This document shows positions 44,706-52,925 of a stretch of 62,435 bases of DNA, one piece after another. The notes below the pieces were generated by a model. The model had not been told where the DNA came from and did no database searches. It saw only the letters and a list, made by a program, of their open reading frames with translations. The position numbers and the translations under genes are program-made. The stretch is from contig JACRPT010000037.1 of the NCBI GenBank assembly GCA_016223045.1, positions 1 through 62,435 of the forward strand. The letters are read 5' to 3'. Each line of letters opens with the position of its first letter. Position 1 is the stretch's first letter. Source of the DNA: Candidatus Eiseniibacteriota bacterium. Lineage in GTDB: Bacteria > Eisenbacteria > RBG-16-71-46.

Positions 44706-45398
44706 ATGGCGCGCTGGGGGATGGTCATAGACCTCGACCGGTGCACCGGCTGCGGCGCCTGCGTCGCCGCCTGCAAGGTCGAGAACAACGTCCAGGTCGT
44801 CAGCCCCGCCGAGGGGGAGCGCGGGCGCCGGATGCACTGGCTGCGTCTCCTGGTCGAGGCGCGGGGCGAGTACCCGCACGTCGAGGTCCGCATCGCGCCG
44901 AACCTCTGCATGATGTGCGAGAACCCCCCGTGCACCAAGGTGTGTCCGGTGCACGCCACCTACCGCGGCGAGGACGGCCTGGTGGGCCAGATCTACCCGC
45001 GCTGCATCGGGTGCCGCTACTGCATGGCGGCCTGTCCCTACAGCGTCAAGGCATTCAACTGGGGCAGCCCCGAGTGGCCGGAGGCGCTCCTCTCCACCCT
45101 GAACCCGGACGTCTCGATGCGGCCCAAGGGCGTCGTGGAGAAGTGCACCTTCTGCTACCACCGGCTGCAGCTCGGCCGGGAGAAGGCGCGAGCCGAGGGA
45201 CGTCCGCTGCGCGAGTCGGATTACCAGCCGGCGTGCGTGCACAGCTGTCCGGCGGACGCCATGACCTTCGGCGACCTGGACGACGCGCTGAGCCCGGCCG
45301 CCCAGTTGAGCCGGAGCACGCGGGCGACGCGCGCCCTGGAGCACCTGGGCACCGAGCCGCGGGTGTTCTACCTGGAGAAGCGTGATGCGCCGCTTTGA
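44706..45398 (+). CDS. 4Fe-4S ferredoxin-type subunit (ActB2/QrcC/PsrB-like)
   Basis: Four cluster motifs: CTGCGACVAAC, CMMCENPPCTKVCP, CIGCRYCMAACP, CTFC...ACVHSCP. Confidence 0.9.
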   Translation: MARWGMVIDLDRCTGCGACVAACKVENNVQVVSPAEGERGRRMHWLRLLVEARGEYPHVEVRIAPNLCMMCENPPCTKVCPVHATYRGEDGLVGQIYPRCIGCRYCMAACPYSVKAFNWGSPEWPEALLSTLNPDVSMRPKGVVEKCTFCYHRLQLGREKARAEGRPLRESDYQPACVHSCPADAMTFGDLDDALSPAAQLSRSTRATRALEHLGTEPRVFYLEKRDAPL

Positions 45399-46731
45399 GC
45401 CGGACAGCACCCGGGACGAGACGCTGTTCCGCCCGATCGAGCAGACCGGCGCGAGGTTCTACCTCACGGTCTCGGTGCTGGTCGCGATCATCCTGTTCGC
45501 GCTCGTCATGTACACGCGCCAGGTGGTGCTGGGTCTCCGGGTCACCGGGATGATGCAGCCCGTGACCTGGGGGTTCTACATCGTCAACTTCGTCTTCTTC
45601 ATCGGCATCAGCCACGCCGGCACGCTGATTTCCGCGATCCTCCGCCTCACCCAGGCGGAGTGGCGACGCCCGATCACGCGCATGGCGGAGGTGATCACGG
45701 CCATCGTGCTGGCGATCGGCGCGCTCCATCCCATCCTCGACCTGGGACGGCCCGACCGGGTGATGAACGTCTTCCTGTTCGGGAGGCTGCAGTCGCCGCT
45801 GCTGTGGGACGTCACCAGCATCAGCGCCTACTTCGCCGCCAGCACCGTGTACCTGTTCCTGCCGCTGATCCCCGACATCGCGCTGATCCGGGAGCGCGGG
45901 AAGAAGCACCGCTGGCTCTACACGTTCATGTCCTGGGGCTGGCAGGGGACGCCCGAGCAGTGGAAGGTGCTGACCCGCGCCATCAACATCATGATGATCG
46001 TGGTGGTGCCCATCGCGGTGTCGGTGCACACGGTGATCTCGTACATCTTCGCGATGACGCTCCAGTCCGGCTGGCACAGCACGATCTTCGGGCCCTATTT
46101 CGTGGTGGGAGCCATCTTCTCCGGCATCGCCGCGCTGTTCGTGGCGATGATCGCGTTCCGGAGCGCCTTCCGCCTGCAGGCCTACCTCAAGCTCGTCCAC
46201 TTCCAGCAGCTCGCCAAGCTGCTGCTGGCCATGTCGATCCTGTGGACGTACTTCACCTTCGGCGAGTACCTGACGGGCTACTACGGCGGCGAGCCGGAGG
46301 AGATGAAAACCCTGCTCTACAAGGTCGCCGGCCGCTACGCCCCGCTGTTCTGGACCATGGTGGTCTGCAACTTCGTGGTCCCGGTGGTGCTGCTGAGCTC
46401 CCGGCGGTTGCGCACGATCCCGGGGATCCTGGTCTCCTCGATCACGGTGCTGATCGGGATGTGGCTCGAGCGGCTGATCATCGTGGTGCCCAGCCTGGAG
46501 AACCCGCGCATGCCGTTCCCGGGCCGCATCTACATCCCGAGCCTGACCGAGATCAGCCTGTTCACCGGGGCGCTGGCGCTGTTCGCGCTCGGCTTCGTGC
46601 TGTTCTCCAAGTTCTTCCCGATCGTGTCGGTGTGGGAGGTCCAGGAAGGGCGGGCGCTGGGCAAGGAGGAGACGGTGGAGCGCGTGGAATCGTACCTGCC
46701 CGACGACGAGGTGTCCCATGCGGGCGCCTGA
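45382..46731 (+). CDS. NrfD/PsrC-type integral membrane quinone-interacting subunit (ActC/QrcD-like)
   Basis: About 10 hydrophobic segments. N-terminal ...WGFYIVNFVFFIGISHAGTLISAILRL is typical of the NrfD family. It overlaps the FeS gene by 17 nt. Confidence 0.85.
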   Translation: MMRRFEPDSTRDETLFRPIEQTGARFYLTVSVLVAIILFALVMYTRQVVLGLRVTGMMQPVTWGFYIVNFVFFIGISHAGTLISAILRLTQAEWRRPITRMAEVITAIVLAIGALHPILDLGRPDRVMNVFLFGRLQSPLLWDVTSISAYFAASTVYLFLPLIPDIALIRERGKKHRWLYTFMSWGWQGTPEQWKVLTRAINIMMIVVVPIAVSVHTVISYIFAMTLQSGWHSTIFGPYFVVGAIFSGIAALFVAMIAFRSAFRLQAYLKLVHFQQLAKLLLAMSILWTYFTFGEYLTGYYGGEPEEMKTLLYKVAGRYAPLFWTMVVCNFVVPVVLLSSRRLRTIPGILVSSITVLIGMWLERLIIVVPSLENPRMPFPGRIYIPSLTEISLFTGALALFALGFVLFSKFFPIVSVWEVQEGRALGKEETVERVESYLPDDEVSHAGA

Positions 46732-46987
46732 CCCGCACGCGCCGTCCTGGCATCCGCGGGGCATCCGGGTGCTGCAGATCCTGTCCATCGTGCTGATGTG
46801 GGCGTTCCTGGGCGGGGTCGTGGCGTGGATGGTGAACGTGGTGCAGCTCTCGCTGTCCCTCGGCGACGCGCTCACGGTCTCGGTGGGCATCAGCCTGGTG
46901 GTGATCCCGGTCTACACCCTGGTCGCCGGCGTGCTGACCTACGTCTTCTTCGGCCTCCAGCGGGGCCGGCGGGATCCGGAGAGCTGA
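46718..46987 (+). CDS. Small two-TM membrane protein (possible accessory subunit)
   Basis: Two hydrophobic helices. Overlaps the NrfD-type gene at its 5' end and is coupled to the next gene by TGATG. Confidence 0.45.
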   Translation: MRAPDPHAPSWHPRGIRVLQILSIVLMWAFLGGVVAWMVNVVQLSLSLGDALTVSVGISLVVIPVYTLVAGVLTYVFFGLQRGRRDPES

Positions 46988-48192
46988 TGCGCACGACCGG
47001 GGCACGGTGCCGAGCGGGCTGCCGCCAGCGGGCCGCCCGCGTGGCCCGGGCCATCGGGCTCGTCGCGGCATGGATGATGTTCGTCCCGGGCGAGATCCGG
47101 GCGACGACGCCCGGGCGCTTCCCGGACGTGGCGGCCGGCCAGGCGCTGATCCAGCAGAAGGGCTGCGCCAACTGCCACGGCGTCCTGGGATCGGGCGGGC
47201 GCCAGGGGCCCGACCTGCTGCGGATCGCGCGGGGCAAGGGCGCGGCGGCGCTGCTGGCCGACATGTGGAACCACGTCCCGCAGATGGTGGCCGCACTGCT
47301 GACCGGGGAGCGGCTGCCCGCGCTCTCGGCAGGAGAGCTGCGCGACCTGGTCGGATACCTCAACTTCGTCAACTACCTCGGTGACCCCGGGGACGCCGGG
47401 CGCGGCGGCGCGGCGCTGGCCCAGATGCCGTGCCTGGCGTGTCATGACCTCGGCCAGCGCGGGAAGATCGGGCCGGCGCTGATGGTCTCCACCCGGGCGG
47501 CGTCCCCGGTCGGGCTGGTGACGGACCTGTGGAACTATTACCCGGGCATGCACGCGGCGCTCCGGGAGCGCGGTCTGCCGTGGTTCGCCTGGAGCGGGGA
47601 TCTGCTGACCGACCTCTCACGCTACCTGGCGTCGCTGGCGCCGGCGGGCAGCCCCGCGCCGCTGCTGGCGCCGGGGGATCCGCAGGAAGGGAGCCGCGTG
47701 TTCGCTCGCATCGGCTGCGAGCGATGCCACGGCCCATCGGGCGCGGGCGCCTGGGCCGCGCTGCTGCGCAGATCGAACGCCCGGAGCGCCGCCGAGAACG
47801 GCGCCGCGCTGCTCGGGCACCTGCCCGCGATCGGCGGGGGCGCCGCGGACGCCCTGCGCCCGCTGTCCGAGAAGGACATGGCGGACCTGCTCGCCTACCT
47901 GAGCCTCGCCGGCACGGAGGTGCCGGGCGGGGACGCGCGCGCCGGCCGCGAAGTGTTCGCGCGTGACCGGTGCGGCACTTGCCACGCGCTCCCCGGCCGC
48001 AAGCCCGGCATCGGACGCGACGTGCAGGACATGCCCGCGATCGGGGACCCGTACGACGTGGCCGCGCTGATGCTGCAGCACGCACGCAACATGAAGACGG
48101 CCACGGAACTCAAGCACGTCCCGTGGCCGCAGATAAGGCCCGATGAGCTGCTGGACCTGTATGCCTTCCTCGCCAGCCAGCCGCGCCGCTAG
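46987..48192 (+). CDS. Tetrahaem protein built from four class-I-like cytochrome c domains
   Basis: CANCH, CLACH, CERCH, CGTCH. N-terminal hydrophobic anchor. Confidence 0.75.
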   Translation: MRTTGARCRAGCRQRAARVARAIGLVAAWMMFVPGEIRATTPGRFPDVAAGQALIQQKGCANCHGVLGSGGRQGPDLLRIARGKGAAALLADMWNHVPQMVAALLTGERLPALSAGELRDLVGYLNFVNYLGDPGDAGRGGAALAQMPCLACHDLGQRGKIGPALMVSTRAASPVGLVTDLWNYYPGMHAALRERGLPWFAWSGDLLTDLSRYLASLAPAGSPAPLLAPGDPQEGSRVFARIGCERCHGPSGAGAWAALLRRSNARSAAENGAALLGHLPAIGGGAADALRPLSEKDMADLLAYLSLAGTEVPGGDARAGREVFARDRCGTCHALPGRKPGIGRDVQDMPAIGDPYDVAALMLQHARNMKTATELKHVPWPQIRPDELLDLYAFLASQPRR

Positions 48193-48202
48193 CGGCGCTC
48201 GT

Positions 48203-50236
48203 GTGAGCGGCGCGCGGGCGGGCGCGGTGCGTGGACTACGGCGCGCGCGCCGGGCGCTCGCGCTGCCGGCGGGCGCGGTGCGTGGGCTGGGGCGCGTGCG
48301 CCGGACGCTCGCGCTGCTGGCGATGGCCGTGGCTCTGGCCGGTTGCGGTCGCGCCGTGGAACAGCGCGGGACGGACCCGCAGGGCGGCGCCGCGGCGCTC
48401 CCCGCGGTGCTGGTCAACGACTCCCTGAGCGTCGAGGACCGCTGCATCGCCTGCCACCGCGGCGTGCTCGATCCGCGACACAAGCTGGACCCGCAGCCCC
48501 TCACCACTCATCCGGGACGCCTGCTCGACATCCACTCCCCGCTGCGCTTCGGCTGCACCTCCTGCCACGGCGGCGACGGCGGCGCGGCCGGCGTCCGCGA
48601 GACGCACGGGGCCTGCTCGAGCCGGCTGGGATTCCTCGTCGGCGACGCCGCCGAGATCGCCTGCGGCAAGTGCCACCTGAACGAGGTCGAGCTCGACGGC
48701 GCGCCCCGCCTGAGTCACGGCCGCGCGCTGCTCCGCCGTTCCCACTGCGACGGGTGCCACGAGATCGGGGAGGCCGCCCGGAGCGGGCAGCCCGGACCGG
48801 ACCTCGCCGGGATCGCGCGGCGCACCAACCCGTCCTGGCTGTTCCGCTGGCTCAAGAATCCGCGCGACTACGCGGACAACGCCCGCATGCCGCGCTACCA
48901 GCTCGAGGACCGCTACGTGGACGCGCTGGTGGGGTACCTGATGACGTTCCGCGGCGAGGCTCCGTTCGACACCACCGCCTTCCCGCCGGGAGACGCGGAG
49001 CGCGGGAAGAACCTGGTGCGGCTCTCCTTCTGCATCAGCTGCCACGCCATCGAGGGCAAGGGCGGCAGGGACGCCATCGATCTGGGGCGCGTGGGGAACA
49101 AGCTCACGCGTGGCTGGATGCTCCGGCTGCTCTCCGACACGCACGGCGCCGACCCCTCCAGCCCGATGCCGCAGTACCGCTTCACGCCCGCGCAGGTGGC
49201 GGATGTCGCCGCCTACTTCCGGGAGGAGCTCACCGATCCGTCGTTCGAAGGGGTCGAGGCCGATTCCGCGCTGGACAGGCTCGGCGCCTGGTGGCCCGAC
49301 GAGGCGCGGCGCGTGGATGTCGGACGGCGCCTGTTCAAGGAGCTGCGCTGCGGCAACTGCCACGCCTTCCCCGGCGGCGAGGGCTGGATCCGCGTGGCGC
49401 CGATCCTCTCGCGGCTGGGCGAGAAGAAGACCTCCGATCTCCCCTGGGGCACGACGCGGTTCGCGCGCACGCTGGAGGACTACGTGTGGCGCAAAGTGGA
49501 GAACCCGCTGGTCTTCGCCACCGCGCCGCATCGCTTCAAGATGCCCACGTACGACTTCACGCCGGAGGAGGCGCGGGACGCGACCATCGCGCTGCTCGCT
49601 CAGGCCGACCTGCCGGTGCTCCCGGAGGCCTTCGTCGTGCGCGACTCGACCGACGCGGCGCTGCCCCTGCCGGGCGAGTTCGGGCGCCTGGTGCGCCGGT
49701 ACCGCTGCCTCTCCTGCCACTCGGTGAACGGGATCGGGCACAACATCTCCTACGATCTCGGGGCGGAAGGCAGCCGGGCGCAGCGGGACTGGATCTACCA
49801 GTACTTGAAGCTCCCCTACACCATCCGGCCGATCCTCACCGTGCGGATGCCGATCTTCAACCTCACCGACGAGGAGGCGCGGATCCTCGCGGATGGCATC
49901 GCCGACTCGTGGCGGGATGCGCGGGCGGATTCGGCGGGCGATTTCCCCGCGGGGCCGCGCGAGCTGGAGGCCGGCCGCAGGCTGTTCGAGCGCAGCGGCT
50001 GCCGGAGCTGCCACCAGGTGGGTGCGACGGGCGGCTACGTCGGCCCGAGCTTCACCAGCGGCACGCCGATGGCCCGCAGGCTACGACGCGGATGGATCGT
50101 GCGCTGGCTGCAGAACCCGCAGGCGATCAAGCCCGACGTGCTGGAGCCGCGCTACGGCTTCTCGGAGGCCGAGGCGCGGGCGCTCGCCGCCTACCTCATG
50201 ACGCTCGGCCCGACCGGGGAAGGGAGCGCGCGATGA
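48203..50236 (+). CDS. Octahaem c-type cytochrome lipoprotein
   Basis: Lipobox LAMAVALAGC. Eight CxxCH motifs: CIACH, CTSCH, CGKCH, CDGCH, CISCH, CGNCH, CLSCH, CRSCH. The start is uncertain; GTG candidates at 48203, 48227 and 48278. Confidence 0.75.
   Translation: MSGARAGAVRGLRRARRALALPAGAVRGLGRVRRTLALLAMAVALAGCGRAVEQRGTDPQGGAAALPAVLVNDSLSVEDRCIACHRGVLDPRHKLDPQPLTTHPGRLLDIHSPLRFGCTSCHGGDGGAAGVRETHGACSSRLGFLVGDAAEIACGKCHLNEVELDGAPRLSHGRALLRRSHCDGCHEIGEAARSGQPGPDLAGIARRTNPSWLFRWLKNPRDYADNARMPRYQLEDRYVDALVGYLMTFRGEAPFDTTAFPPGDAERGKNLVRLSFCISCHAIEGKGGRDAIDLGRVGNKLTRGWMLRLLSDTHGADPSSPMPQYRFTPAQVADVAAYFREELTDPSFEGVEADSALDRLGAWWPDEARRVDVGRRLFKELRCGNCHAFPGGEGWIRVAPILSRLGEKKTSDLPWGTTRFARTLEDYVWRKVENPLVFATAPHRFKMPTYDFTPEEARDATIALLAQADLPVLPEAFVVRDSTDAALPLPGEFGRLVRRYRCLSCHSVNGIGHNISYDLGAEGSRAQRDWIYQYLKLPYTIRPILTVRMPIFNLTDEEARILADGIADSWRDARADSAGDFPAGPRELEAGRRLFERSGCRSCHQVGATGGYVGPSFTSGTPMARRLRRGWIVRWLQNPQAIKPDVLEPRYGFSEAEARALAAYLMTLGPTGEGSAR
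48220..48321 (+). repeat. In-frame 51-nt tandem duplication inside the leader-peptide region of the octahaem cytochrome gene
   Basis: Copy 48220-48270 (GAVRGLRRARRALALPA) and copy 48271-48321 (GAVRGLGRVRRTLALLA), about 44/51 identical by hand alignment. Confidence 0.8.
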
Positions 50237-50706
50237 ACCGCGCGCGACGGTGGAGCGCCGCGGCCGCACTGCTCCTCGCGGCGGCCTCCGTGCTGCCCGG
50301 CTGCGGTCCGCGCCGGGGCGGACGCGCCGAGCCCGCGCGCGCCGACTCGAGCTTCGCCGCGGTCACCTACCGGCGGGACAAGTCGCCCGAGGCGCTGTCG
50401 CTGGCACGGGGGCGCGTGCTCTACGACCGCTACTGCGCCATCTGCCACGGCGAGGCGGGCGGCGGCGACGGCTTCAACGCCTACAACGTGAAGGCCGCAT
50501 TCGACGTCTCCCCGACCGCGTTCACCGATTCGGTGACCTTCGGCGCGCTGCGCGAGGACACGGCGCTGGCCGCGATCCGCGACGGCGGGCCCGCGGTCGG
50601 CAGGTCGCCGGCGATGCCGCCGTGGGGACACACGCTCACGGCCGGCGAGGTCGTGGACGTGTGGGCCTACATCAAGGCCCTTTCGCGCGCGGCGCCCGGG
50701 GAGTAG
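50233..50706 (+). CDS. Monohaem class-I cytochrome c lipoprotein
   Basis: ATGA overlap with the preceding stop. Lipobox SVLPGCG. CAICHG, with distal Met context SPAMPPWG. Confidence 0.75.
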   Translation: MNRARRWSAAAALLLAAASVLPGCGPRRGGRAEPARADSSFAAVTYRRDKSPEALSLARGRVLYDRYCAICHGEAGGGDGFNAYNVKAAFDVSPTAFTDSVTFGALREDTALAAIRDGGPAVGRSPAMPPWGHTLTAGEVVDVWAYIKALSRAAPGE

Positions 50707-50785
50707 CCGGAGCCTGGCGCGGCGCCCGGGCTGCCGGCCTTCCGCCCACGGTTCGCGCGGTCTCGATCAAGCCTCGGGAGAAGGA

Positions 50786-50804
50786 GTCACGCTGGTCGCG
50801 TGAC
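50786..50804. terminator. Hairpin between convergent genes (7-bp stem)
   Basis: GTCACGC-tggtc-GCGTGAC. Confidence 0.3.
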
Positions 50805-50824
50805 CATCCCGCGGTGGCCCGCTC

Positions 50825-51880
50825 TTACTCCCAGCCCTCCGCCACCGCGCGCTCGTACGCCGGCCAGTAGGGATCGGGCTCGGGGGTTTCGATCGCGCGC
50901 ACCGACCTATCCGGCGCGGTGAGCCGGAGCTTCCCGCTCCCCGGCACCACCTCGCCCACCTCGGCAGCCACGATGCCCTCGTTGCGGAGTGCGTCGAGCA
51001 CCGCGCCCGCTTGCGCCGGCCGCGCGGTGGCGATGAGGGCGCCCTCCGCCAGCGTCCAGTAGGGGTCCACGCCGAACACCGCGCACGCGCCGGCGGCCTC
51101 CGCAGAGAGCGGGATCTTCGCCTGCTCTACGCGCAGGTCGTGGCCGCACGCCTGCGCCAGCTCGACCAGCCCGCCCAGCACTCCGCCCTCGGTGGCGTCG
51201 TGGAGCGCGGTGACGCCGCGCTCATGCACGCCCACGCGCAGCGCGACCCGGCAGTCGGCGACCACGCTCACCTGGTCGAGCGAGGCACGCGCCCGCGCGA
51301 GGCCCGCGGCGCCGAGCCGCGCTTCGAGTCGCTTCGGGCAGAGCCACGCCGCCACCGCGGCCGCCTCGATGGCGCAGCCCTTGGTCAGGATCACGCGGTC
51401 GCCGGGAGCGGCCATCGCCGGGGTGAGGTAGCGGCCCTCGTCGCCCACGCCGCACAGCGTGCCGGCGCCGATGATGGAGTAGTCGCAGCCGGGATAGCGC
51501 CCGGTGTGGCCCGCGACCACCGCGACGCCCAGCTCCTCCCACGCCGCGCTCATCGCCTCCCAGTACGTGGCGAAGTCGCCGTCGCTCAGGTGCGGCGGCA
51601 GGTTGAAGGTGAGCGAGGCCCACGCCGGCGCGATGCCGGTGCTCCACAGGTCCGAGGCGATGAGGTGACAGGAGAGCCGCGCCGAGGCCGTGAGCCCAAG
51701 CGCGGGCACGATCGAGAGCGGATCGGTGGTGATCGCAAGCACGCGCCCCTCGCCCAGCCGCACGATGGCGCTGTCCGCGCCGGCGTGCGGGCCCACCAGC
51801 ACCTCGGCGCGTGCGGCGCCCAGGCGCGGCGCGATCACGCGGCGGAACTCCGCGGGCGCGATCTTGCCGAGGCCGCTCAT
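50825..51880 (-). CDS. AIR-synthase-related protein (PurM/HypE/ThiL superfamily)
   Basis: MSGLGKIAPAEF...GADSAIVRLGEGRVLAITTDP...VVAGHTGRY...LHDATEGGV. The start is taken at the internal ATG (complement of 51878-51880). Confidence 0.7.
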   Translation of the reverse strand: MSGLGKIAPAEFRRVIAPRLGAARAEVLVGPHAGADSAIVRLGEGRVLAITTDPLSIVPALGLTASARLSCHLIASDLWSTGIAPAWASLTFNLPPHLSDGDFATYWEAMSAAWEELGVAVVAGHTGRYPGCDYSIIGAGTLCGVGDEGRYLTPAMAAPGDRVILTKGCAIEAAAVAAWLCPKRLEARLGAAGLARARASLDQVSVVADCRVALRVGVHERGVTALHDATEGGVLGGLVELAQACGHDLRVEQAKIPLSAEAAGACAVFGVDPYWTLAEGALIATARPAQAGAVLDALRNEGIVAAEVGEVVPGSGKLRLTAPDRSVRAIETPEPDPYWPAYERAVAEGWE

Positions 51881-52110
51881 TGCATCCTGCACGATACGGC
51901 GGGCGGTGCGGCGGCGGCGCGGAGTCCCGGGGAGCGCATCGGCGCAGTTTCGCCGCGCGCGCCGCTTCGCACAAGCGGGGCATGCCTCTTGCGGAACACC
52001 CATGCCGAGGGCCTGGCGCACGGCAGGCGTGCCCTCTAGACTGCCGGCGTCGGTCCTCCACCCCGGTCCCGCGCGGCGCCACCCGCGCGCGGACGCACCC
52101 GGGAGGTTTC

Positions 52111-52920
52111 GTGAGCTTGCGAAGGAACGCAATCGTCGTGGCGCTCGCGTGCGCCCTCGCCGCGGGCTGCTCGGGCGGACCTCCGGAGCCCTCTGCCCCC
52201 ATCGCCGTGGGCACCGGCACCGCGCAGCTCCAGGTGACCGACGCGCCGGCCGCGGTCGAGGCGGTGAACCTGGTGGTGCTGCAGGTCGCGATCCGCCACG
52301 CGGGCGCCGCCGACACCCTCTCGGGCTGGGAGATCCTGCGCACCGACTCGCTCACCATCGAGCTGCTCTCGCTGCGCGGCGGTGCGCTCGCCGACCTCGC
52401 GCTCGGCACGGTGCCGGCCGGGAGCTACGACCAGGTGCGCCTGAAGCTCGGCACGCGCTCGTCGGTGCAGGTGGACGGCGCGACCTTCCCGCTCACCGTC
52501 CCGAGCGGCTCGGAGAGCGGCCTCAAGATCATGGGTGGATTCGACGTCCCCACCAACGGCACCGTGCGCATCGTCCTCGACTTCAACGCCGAGCGCTCCA
52601 TCCACCGCACCGGCTCGGACAAGTACATCATGCAGCCGGTGGTGCGCCTGATCGACGTTGCGGGCGCCGGCGCCATCGCCGGGCGCCTCGCGCCCGCGGA
52701 CATCCCGGTCACCCTCCACGCGGTGCTGGCGGGCGACACGCTGCGCAGCGTCACCACCACCGCCGGGCAGGCGGCGTTCTCGCTGCCGTTGCTCCCGGCC
52801 GGGAGCTACACGCTGCTGGTGCGGCCCGCCGCGAACTTCCGTGACACCTCGTTCGCCGGTCTCACGGTGAGCGCGGGCGGCACCACCGATATCGGCACGC
52901 TCGCGCTCGCGCCGCGGTAG
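52111..52920 (+). CDS. Lipoprotein, DUF4382-like with a carboxypeptidase-regulatory-like C-terminal domain
   Basis: GGGAGG lies before GTG 52111. Lipobox ALAAGCSG. LQVTDAP...VVLQVAI...GSYDQVRLKLG pattern. Confidence 0.6.
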   Translation: MSLRRNAIVVALACALAAGCSGGPPEPSAPIAVGTGTAQLQVTDAPAAVEAVNLVVLQVAIRHAGAADTLSGWEILRTDSLTIELLSLRGGALADLALGTVPAGSYDQVRLKLGTRSSVQVDGATFPLTVPSGSESGLKIMGGFDVPTNGTVRIVLDFNAERSIHRTGSDKYIMQPVVRLIDVAGAGAIAGRLAPADIPVTLHAVLAGDTLRSVTTTAGQAAFSLPLLPAGSYTLLVRPAANFRDTSFAGLTVSAGGTTDIGTLALAPR

Positions 52921-52925
52921 CGGCC

